This document shows, one piece after another, positions 52,356 to 64,000 of a stretch of 64,000 nucleotides of DNA. The DNA is from Lineus longissimus (Eukaryota). The position numbers and the translations under genes were made by a program. Location of the stretch: contig NC_088308.1 of assembly GCF_910592395.1 (NCBI RefSeq), positions 2,480,001-2,544,000 on the forward strand, read 5' to 3'. Position 1 is the stretch's first letter. Every line of letters starts with the position of its first letter. A model generated the notes under the pieces. The model made no database searches. It saw only the letters and a program-made list of their open reading frames with translations, and had not been told where the DNA came from.

Positions 52356-55339
52356 ACTATGGATTTTGTGTGTAACGCATATACTTGTATATCATGTCTG
52401 ACTCGGGGATACTTTTGTACGCTGTGAAACCTGATTTTCGTACGACAAGCAAAATGCATTGGAGATTGAAGCAAAAACGCATACAGTCGCAGTTCCCATC
52501 CGGAATATCCGTGGTTTTGCGTCGTGTTAAGGAGCACGAGTATTCGAACAGGAACTTTTGGCGAACAGTGTTTTGCAACCAGCCTAAGTGTCATATACAT
52601 GACGGACATGCACTGACATTACGCCCGTCATGGACAACATTCTAGTGCTCCGTGTAGATATTTTTCTCGTGTTTTAATATTCATTTTATACTCGTTGCCG
52701 CAAGCCTGAGAATGTTCATGTTCATTTGAGGGCAGATATCTTAGTAACGATTCTGTGTCCGATACAATTTGTACACTGTACTCTTTTAATTGCCCTTGTA
52801 GTGTATTGCCAAATTGATGGAACGTTCACCTTTGGCCAGACTCCAGTATTGGCTTATTTCTGTCGCTATGGCACTGCAAAGAAAACTGACTAAATCTTCT
52901 GACTTGAATCTCTTTCAGTCGCTCGCAAAAACCTTTGGTTTCATCGCACTGCCGTCTCGCATCTGTTTATTGAGCAATGTTTGCCGTAGATGCTTGATTA
53001 CTGATGTGGGCCATAACTTTTATGGATTAATGGACGGGAGTCGTCGTTTTGGTCTCGCTCATTTCCGATAGCTTATGCTGGGCGTATATGCTTCTACGAC
53101 GGCCGCGGGGTTCCATCGCTGTTCGTCGTATCTCTAATGGAAAGTGATTACTTTCATTTCCAAAACAACACTTCCGTGCAGCGATTAAAACCTCACATCT
53201 GATTGTGGGCCCTACATATATCTCTGATAAGCGCGGGTTATAATGTGCCTGAATTATAATTTGATACTCGAATACGTTGTCTTCCAAATGTAAAAGGTGC
53301 AGTTGCAAATTGTCAGCCACAACCAACAAAAACAGGAGTTCTAGCCCCTGAATTGGCACCTCCTGCCAATTGTCTACCATCAAACAGTGAATTCAGCATT
53401 GTGGACTGATATGATAGCAATGCAGTCTTAACGTTTGGATGGAGTGATAAGTCTTCTTACATCGCCTGGCCCTGTAAGCATCTATGCATTGTTTCCTTTC
53501 AAATGTTCATGAGAAATACCGTGTGGTTCTTTTAAGACCGAAATGACAAACCATGCACCCTGCTGGCGTGTCACATAGAGAGATGGTTGGCAGGACGTAC
53601 TGTCCATATGATACCTCACTGGAGGTATTAGTTTAGTCAACAAACACCAGGAGGCTAAAGCTAAAATATAAGCCAAAACCGAGGCGTCTTGCCGGCGTTT
53701 TGGCGAAATGGAAGCTCCATAATCAATACCAATGATCAACATCGCACGGATGTTAGGAAATGCGTTATGCCTAACATCTCTATTGTATAATCCTTCACTT
53801 CCTCAGATTGGTGTTTTCTCTTATATATTTTTATACAACTTTGCTGTGTTCTTTCCCTTTGTCATGACTGAAAGATATACCGTAGGTCGAAGTAAGCTAC
53901 GTTCAAAAGTCGCCAGACTCGCGAAGTTCCGACTGTGTAGTACCATTGTAGCCGTACCTAGTCTCCCTGTCTTCACCCGTGTCACGCGTCATTCACATAC
54001 AAATGTACCATTGATATAAGATGTTCAAGTCCTTTTCAAGGATTTTATATTTTTAGTTTTCGACTATGCGATCTCTGTCTTTAGTCGTCAGTACGCCGTA
54101 TGGATGACCAAGAACCAAGCTTTTTGCCACTGTCTGTTACAGCACAGATGAATGACACTAGCATATAGGGCAAATGGTGTCGCTGCATCCGTGCAAGTGT
54201 CACACTGAGAAAAAGCTGTTATCAGTAAGTTAGCTTATGATTCAGAAAAGGCATCATACGAAGGGTCATGTTTAACAAGATTTGGTCCAAGCGTAAAACA
54301 TCGGACTTTTGAACCCAACTGGCCATTCTAAAGCAAATTCCGAAAATTTTGGTGTTTCTGATTAAGGATGCATTTCCCTTTACCTTGATTTGCTGGGTAT
54401 ACATAGAATATTATAATGATTACTTGTGAGTCTGTGGAAAAGAAACCAATTGGGTGATTGATAGATGTAAAGATAAAAATCAAAAAATCAAATAGTGCTT
54501 TATTAATTCAATGTTATGTATGTACAAACTCTTTACCACAATGTACTATAACATGAGTAAACACTAAAAGGTAGCAGTTGTTTTGAAATGAATTGCTTAC
54601 TTTTAATTTGAGCACGTTACATGTACATTCTATACTGAATTTTAGTTCCAATGAACAATGCTCTACTCTATTTAAGGGATAATTATTTTAATGATTCTTT
54701 GGTGGATTTCATAAAATTTGAAATATAATTCAGCCATTTGAGTTGTCATAGTGCACCATGAATTCATTTTCATTCGTCTATTTTGAACCCACTTATTTTT
54801 CATGGCGTTTCTTATAGACGTTCACTATTATCAAGATGTGCTTTACTACATAACCGTTCTATGTGTGTTGTACAATTTATCATCCCGATGATATTCTTGA
54901 ATTATATTCTTTAAATCCTAAACATAATAAGAACAAATATAAAACTATTGTAAATATAATTGAGATCTCGTTGTCTTCGTTTGTCTGATGTATTCCGAAT
55001 GATCCTAAGCTTCAGTTTGTCTTTAAAAAGACAATAAGTGTGGTTTTCGTGATAATGAAAAAACATTTGCCCGTCATTCATTGTCAGTGCAGGCTGGCAG
55101 GGATCGCCCGTGTAGTTCTTGGCTTGTTGAATTGAAAATAGTAAGGCTGCGAAATCAGTTTTATCGTACAACATTTGAAGCATAAATATGCCTTCCCGTA
55201 CGTCGATTGTTGCATAATGTAGAAAATGTGTGTATAAAAAATTTGAAATATATATATATACACAGATTTCAGTCATAGATGATAAAATACATGGTAAAGT
55301 CAGGTTATGGAACAGTTAAAATGAAATCCAGTCTCTTCA

Positions 55340-57671
55340 TTAGCGCCCTTGTGGTATGCGTGAGTGTATTGGCGTATTCGCACTAACGTCATTTCTAAAG
55401 TTCCTGTCTTTGATATAGGTGGCCACAATAAAGTATCCAGAATTCTTCTCGGCGCATGTCGACTTTCGTGCACATCCAGCGAATCTCTCCTCCACGGTTA
55501 TCGCCAAGCGAAGCCTCCGCATATCTCTGAGTAAAGACATCCTCTCGGGTTTGAGCCTCTGAATGTCCATCAAAATCGCCACAAGGTAATTCAGGAAGAG
55601 CAGGATCATTATGATGATGTATATGTACAACGGGAACCTGACTGCTATGGCGTCGGCATTCGTTGAAGGAACCGTATTCGATATCAGCAGAATAGTTGTA
55701 TAAATCGCCGCCAGGATATTTTCGAATCCGGTAACCTCGATTCCAGTGCCACTTGCGCTAGGTACGAATCCTGTGACTGTTGTGTAGAAATACAATGCGA
55801 AGATTAGCTGTATGAGAAAACTAAACAGGACATACTTCAAGGTTATCTTTAAAAGTCTCTGCATGGTTGTGACGAATGTTCCGAACAACGGCACGTTTTC
55901 TAAAACATGGAAGAGGTCTATGACGATGAAAGGCAGCATGACCGCTTTAGAGGTCAGACAAGCTTGAAGGTTGTCTTTGCCTCGGTACAGGTACGCGACT
56001 ACCAGCATGATGATGGTGGACAAAGCCAACAAGAAATGGCAGCAGCGGTAGAACGATAGCGTTCCGAACTGATTGTTCCCGATAGCATGGTCAGCGAGCC
56101 CCTTCTCTTGTTTACATCGACGGCAGACGACAAGTTCAAACAAGTCAAAGAGCACGACTACGACGCTGTAGAACCCCGTAATAATAGCAAAGACTGTTGA
56201 AATGACCAACCAGTTTGAATCGGCTGAGTTGGTGCAATCTGAATAGCTGGTGATGTTTTCTCTGCAAGCTACGTAGAGTGGGAGTGCATTTGGATCGATG
56301 ATGGTGCACATCACTACGTTTGCAAACTTGATTGTCAACCAGAGCAGGATCAAACCAAAGTTTGATAGGTACTTTCGTCTCATCCATGACTTGATGACCG
56401 GTATCTCATGGATCTTGTGCTCAATGTAATCGTCAACGTGTTCTTCTTGGATGTTGCAGATATATCGGAGTGGTGACCTGTAGTATCTTTTAGGATTACT
56501 GCTGTCCTCGTAATCAGACAGGTTGTACCTATAAAAACTACAGGCACCGGTTTGGCAAAGTATCTTGCCGAAGAAGCTCGGTGTTTCCAAGATGACGCGG
56601 AAGATCCCGAATGCACCCAACTTTGCTGCTAGTTCGAGTGGTCGCTGCCCCTGCAGGGTCTCGCCTAGTAGCAAAGCTCTTTGGGTATCGCGGTCCGTGT
56701 TTTCCAAGAGGGAGTTGTACATTGCAAAGTACTGCTCCTCACGTTCCTTGCAATCCGCTGCCGCAATGACTAGCGCGTGTACGACGTTACAGCCATGTTT
56801 ATCCCGTGCAGTCACGCAGACATCTTCCTTCAGTAACTTCGTGAAGACATAGCTAGAGGCGAACGCCGCAGCAACACATAGCGGTCTCTCGTACTGCTGG
56901 TGCGCCCTCGTAGCTTTCTCTATAACAGAGTGTGGGATATTAAACTTGAAACGTCCATTGATCAGAAGCTTCTTTTTCACCTCGCCTGCTTTGTGCAACA
57001 TCTTGTCAAAGCGCTCTGGGTCATCGTTACTCACGACATCATACCATTTTCTATAGTAATTGTTGTTGAAATCCATGACTGTCTCAACGTAGACAGACTC
57101 TCCGCTAAAGGCCTCATTGATGTGGACATTCGAATGGCCCTCGCCGCCGCCAAAATGGTAGGCACTCTTCTTTGCGCAACACTTGAGAGGGCAGCACCCT
57201 TTGTCGTCGTCTTCCAATCCGAGGTCTGACTCGTCCATTACGAAGCTCCCCAAATCAGTTGTGCCAGAGGAGATCACATCCAACATGATCTGGTCGTCAT
57301 CTGAAAGACAAATTTATTCAACCAATTGAAGGGGCTATCCTGTGACATTCTTTGTCTTTGTTGGGTGACGAAAAGATTTATAAACATACAAACGAAATGT
57401 TAGTGCATATGACCAAAGAGTATGGACAGAGACACATCGTTATTACGCTAGGTGAAGTAACTTGCCATAATCTCTCATTTTGGCTGGTGTGAAAGTGAAT
57501 TTAATCCCCCTAGAGAATTCGTCGGTTTATGCATTGACGAATTCTGAGATCGGATTTTGACCTCGAGTCTCTAATAAAATTCTTACCTTTATTTATTTTT
57601 GTTGACAGATGAGCACTGTAATCAGTCTTGATACTATGAACATCCTCGTCATTGGGTACTGTGGACGCCAT
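55340..57671 (-). CDS. TRPV-like (TRPV5/6-like or TRPVL) ankyrin-repeat 6-TM cation channel; exons 57671-57587 and 57300-55340; about 681 aa
   Basis: Ankyrin motifs (PLCVAAAF, DKHGCNVVHALV, GQRPLELAAKLG), YRYNLSDYE linker, pre-S1 PVIKSWMRRKY, six hydrophobic segments, S4-S5 linker FGTFVTTMQRLL, S6 LLFLNYLVAILMD, and a TRP-helix-like LAITVEERF. The short upstream exon MASTVPNDED... joins in phase 1 (AAAG|GTAAGA to TTTCAG|AT). Confidence 0.88.
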
Positions 57672-60600
57672 TTTGGAAAGGAGTTGAAATCTGAAGTTCG
57701 AATTGTGAACATGTGAGACCGGTGTGACAGCGGATATAGTCCCCCTGGAGTCATAGTCCGGTAGCATTGTATTTGATCAATTAAGCAGCATGATCTATTG
57801 TACCGCTAACCCTAACCAAAACATTTAGCAATGCGGGCTATTGTTACACGGACTATCAGCCCTAGGAATACTATCCCTTGCACACCGGCGTAAAGTTTTT
57901 AAGGTTTCGTTGCTGACGGTTGCCACATTGTTCAGGGAACCATAGAAAACAAGATTGACATGTTCCTCTGTGTTCCCTTGTCTTTGAAATGTCATCGTTT
58001 CCTTTGATGTCTTTTCGAAACTACTTACAACTGCAATCGCATGCTCAGGGCGATTGACACAAAGGAGAGTAAATGTTCATGAATGAACTATACTCAATGT
58101 GAAGCAACAATCAGACGTTTACACAATGTAAAATGGCCTAACGGTGCTAACTTCGTGCGCTCTGTTTCGAAACCCCACTCTCTTTTAAGTAAATCTCAGA
58201 ACCAGTTGACCCTGCAAGGTCTAAATTTTCGATAAAACATTCACCTACCTCTTTACTACTAATGTGAATATATTCTACTCCCGCATCAAATGTTGAACTC
58301 GCACGTCCAGCAAAGTGTACGTTATATATCCTCAGTCTTCACAACAACAAAAGATCCCCGTACTGCAAACGAAGAAAGAGGTATCACTATCTCGATTAGT
58401 TAAAAAATTTATGCCATCGATTAATTGCAATGTAAACAATAATGCGTGAACCGCAATAACTCATTTTGATATTGGATGGGCCTGTATTACACTGGGGTAA
58501 TCGAACTAGACCGAGTTTATAAGATAAAACTTTTCAGTGAGTTCCTATTCTTAATCAGGCCATTCAATTCTTAATGTCAATCTTCAAGGGTCTCTGTCAA
58601 TCACATTCCTTCCTCAGCATTGCGTTTTTCGTTAGGATACATCCCAAAGAAGGCATACTGTGTATCTCAGATCAAACTTTTGGGTGGTTATGCATTCTGA
58701 AACAGGATTTTAAAGCGCCCCGCAAACGCAGGTCGCAAAAATCGCTCGTTTCTTAAATCAGCGTCTTCCTAAATCGTGGACAAACATGATTGTTATATAC
58801 AGCTATCACAAGTCCTTTTCGGAATCCATCATTAAGTATATCCCTGAATAACTCTAATATCAAAGCATCCTTGTGCAAATGCCTTTATCAAGGCTTGCAT
58901 TAACGTACATTTGACTGATCGGAACACTAAAGTACTACTGCCAACGATTGGGATAATTGAAATATGCCACTTAATCCTGTAGGCCCTAATTCCACAGAAA
59001 TGCGGATTTTTATTTGGTGCACTCTCATAAAGTTGTTGAACGCTGTTCGTATACTGACTGATATGAAGTGTAAACATTTTCGATCCCACAATGTGGCCAT
59101 GGTACTATTACTAAACTTCGGATTAATGTATCTTTTTATCATGCACCTTGTTTCAAACCCCTGGAGATTGTATTTCTAGAAAGTATGTACAGCAAGTCAC
59201 ATCAGACGGGTAAGCCTTTGGTACGGCTTAATCCGATTCGACTTAAAAAGCATACCTCTGTCGACTTGCTTTTTCCCCCACTTTGAACAGGTTTGTGACG
59301 ACATAAATACAAATTTAGGCCAAAATATGCCTTGTAATATGCCACTCAACTAGCCACAACGATCCCGGTTAGGCTGTCTATCGGAATAATGCTATAATGC
59401 AAATTATTTTTCGTTGGGCAAGCGCAGGGGTACTGATTTCTAATGTTCAGCCAATCACTATTTTCCAGAAGCTGAACTGACCGGAAGTCGTACATAATGC
59501 TCCCTTACAATTGGTTCAAGGCAGGAGACTGTCCCGGTGAGGCAGGAAAAATCACTTCTGATTGGCCATGGCCACGACGCCATGGGGCGTTTCGAAATAT
59601 TATTCATCCGCGACAAACAAGATGTAATGGACGGAGGATGGTTTTCCTTCGAAAACAGAAAAAAAGCAAGCATTTTCACTTTTCAATCACTTTATTCGTT
59701 TCTTTGATAAATCCACTTGATACAAAATATACAAACCAACTTCGACTTTACAATCTACATGGAACTACATAATTGATATTCATATTTGTCTTTGTACAAG
59801 TTGATACGATTAAAATGACGATGAATTTAATATACTGGGATGGCCATGTAATATCATATGCATTAATGTCTGAATGGTCAAAAAGTAGTATTCCGGACTT
59901 TCTATATGGGAAAAAGCACACAGAGCAGGGGCGGCTGAGCAGCAACGGCTGTGAGAATATAAAATTGTCTCTTGTACTGGCTGCGAGATGTACCTTCAGT
60001 TTCATACAAAAACAAAGAACCTTAGCGTTGCCAATAACGGGGTTTGGCAAGTATTAATTCTCGTTCTATACGTACTGGCTCGTCTCCTTGTCGTTCGAAC
60101 TTCTGTCAGTGTCAGCATCAACAACTTAACTTAAGCCATGATTGTGTCAATTAACTGAAATGCTGACGTCAGCATTCCCTTAATAAGTCAAGATGATAAC
60201 ATGATTACATGATTATGCATTAGTTTGATACAGTGAATGAAGACATGAAACATGGATACAACTGTAGAGTGATTATTTTTCCTTCCCTGCATGGGTCATA
60301 ACTGGTGACGTTTTGAAAAAATTCTCTTGTAGTTCTGATATATTGTTTAGAACTCCTGCATCATTGTGACTGAAAAAACCCAACTTCAAGTATTCAAAAT
60401 AAGATGTCGAACATCCATCGTCATGTTCCCATCAGTAAAACGGTGTGCGCGAGGGCAAAAGAGGAACAGGACAGCTTGCCAGTGTCCGTTATACATGTTC
60501 ATTGTAATTGGAGAAGTCTAAATGATCACTATACAGTATGTAGACATGTTAGTGACAATGATCACCCAAAAGGGGACGTCTCAAAACAAAAAATGATTTT

Positions 60601-62806
60601 TATAAATATATTCTTTGCATCTATATGTATTTACAATAAACTATGTCGCCATAGAAACAAATAAACGATTTAACAACGATTTAACGCAACAACTGAGAAA
60701 GTTAAGTTACTGTGAGAAATGAGTTGCGACTTCACAAATAGGGACGTCTCGCAAGCATAACGACGTACGTATTTCAAAGACCAAGCAACAAATCAAATTC
60801 TAGTTTCCCAATAACGAAACCCAGCTACATGAATACGACACGCGGATATCGCTCATACCAAAGGCAAATTGTTTAAAACTGTTATGCGTTTCCCTCCCGA
60901 TCAAATTATTGTTCCTTCGGAAAACATTTCAGAATCACAGCAGTTCCTGTTACAAGAATTATCTTTGCCTGAATGCCTATCTCCACCTTTTCGTTTTCGA
61001 ATTCGATGACCTCTTCCCTTGATGTATGCACACCACCGTCGAATTGGTGGGAACATATCGAAGCACAGTCATTTGCATAAAGTCCCACGTCACTGCCGAC
61101 AGAACAAGTCTTACGTAATAATAGGACTGGCCCAAATCTTCTTAATAGATTAAGTAAAAAGTACGTATTTCGCCAAATACTGTACTTGTACGTACCAAGA
61201 CGATCGTCAGTCAGAAGCGAAAACCCCATTGCATGCCAAAGGAGATTGATAGACCAGCCACAAAAAATTGTAACCGCGAGAGAACAAAATATGACCCGTC
61301 CCAGTCATCACTCCGGGAGTCACTTCACCGGAAGAAAATAAAGCTTGTAGGTGGGAAAGGTTGGCCAACAACTCGAGTTTTGTATATACACAGCCACAGA
61401 GTCTGATTGATTCCGCATGGATTCTGCACCCTTAGGTGGCCGACACTGATAACATTGCTGAGCAAAACAGCCGGGCAAATCCAAAATTAGAAGGATAGAA
61501 AATGACGCGAACTGTAAGTTGGCATATTAACTACACTCGTTTCTAGCTACACAGCAGCAAACATCATATGAACAGTATAGCACCCTGAACACCATCGAAT
61601 ATCTTGGCGAAGAGGTCGAAAATCACATGAAAAAACGCACCCTCCATCGCCAACCAACAAAGCCGATTTGTGATTTTCGCTCTCAATGCCTAATGTTCCC
61701 AATCCGGCTTTCCCTGATATGCCTAACTACGAGTTTTACCAACCACTGACCCAACAATCATCACAAACAACAGGATTCATCTCACGTCAGAATAACAAGG
61801 GTTTAGGCCCCTTACTTTGATATCAAGCTGGGAATCCACCATGATTTCTTTACGATGTGATTGCGATAGGGAGTTGTCAGTCCAATCATGACATTTCGGC
61901 ACAGAAAGGAGTCCATCTAGTTCGATTCCAGCATCATCATTGTAAAGTAGTACGAGAATTTCATGGCCCTCATTCGTACGCTGGAGTGATTAATTTTTGA
62001 GATGATCATTCGGCAAGAACTCACGTTGACTGCGGTGGTAGACTTCTGCAGGAAGTACGTCACTTCGACCCCCGAAAAACAGAACTGACGCATCCCGTCG
62101 TCTTCATCGTTTGCATCTGCAGCCTAAATGTTACAACTTGGACTGGATTTAGCACGAAGGACATTGTTATGTTCATAACTAGCTGTGAAGAGTTGGACTC
62201 TCAGTGACATTTACAATTACTCGGAAGAGACATGTGCAACATACATTCACAGACACATCACACACAGTCACTGTTTCACTGCAGCACACAAGCCACGCCA
62301 CTTGTGACCAAGGCACAGTAGTTTACATAACATAATAAACAGAGTAAAGGGAGAGTTTCAACTGAATTCATTGATTGAAAAGCATCATAGAGACCTAAAG
62401 TTTATATTTCATAAATTACAAGTATTGCAAATTGCCCAGAGGCGAGCATGATCAGAGCAATAGACTGGCAATTTAAAACTCATGGTTATTGCACCAGCCA
62501 AAGACCTTGCCGTCTTTTCATGTCGGCGGCCCGACAGAGATAACCAAGGGATTCAGTTGAGGAAAGTTGTCAAGGGTTCTACGCTGGAGGCGCGTGCACT
62601 TTTCTTAAGCATTAAAGGTTGATACTAAGTCGAACTGGAGCATCAAGCCAAATATTTCCACGTGACTGTCCTCATCCGCCTTAGTCGCATAGGAATAATG
62701 AGGAAAAAAACTGTTTTAAGGGGGTAATTTATAAACTGCACTTAGCACCATTCTGCATAAGACCCTCGAAGTATCACACAGTAGAAAATTTGCAAATGTT
62801 GCATGT

Positions 62807-64000
<1,194 letters not shown>

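Noticed and set aside
57806..57817. CTAACCCTAACC telomere-like motif
   Set aside because: Only two units; a common component of invertebrate repeats, not a telomere.

Overview
This is eukaryotic, intron-rich animal genomic DNA, AT-rich and probably from a lophotrochozoan-type invertebrate (inferred from the 8-Cys insulin and the TRPV-like gene). Most of the short ORF track is noise; the real genes appear only after splicing by eye. Left to right: (1) a possible TATA promoter of a gene running off the left edge; (2) an 8-cysteine, molluscan-type insulin-like peptide gene on the - strand (two coding exons, about 217 aa, 78-aa C-terminal extension) with a putative TATA/Inr promoter and an L2-type LINE 3' fragment in intron 1; (3) a + strand tandem array of four paralogous small two-transmembrane genes (starts at 15.5, 34.8, 41.7 and 49.0 kb) sharing one exon plan (TM1 exon, phase-2 AT|GTAAGT intron, TM2 exon, phase-0 intron, variable tail), which I cannot assign to a named family; (4) tail-to-tail with the array, a divergent, almost intronless TRPV-like channel gene (about 681 aa) lacking the usual pore Asp and TRP-box Trp; (5) the last three exons of a cGMP-dependent protein kinase (PRKG1/foraging-like). 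Several MITE-like elements and small tandem repeats fill the introns. The best candidate for an undescribed system is the 2-TM microprotein array, which resembles PIRT/TMEM100/barttin in topology and lies beside the TRPV-like channel and PKG. All gene models are manual and unverified by transcripts.
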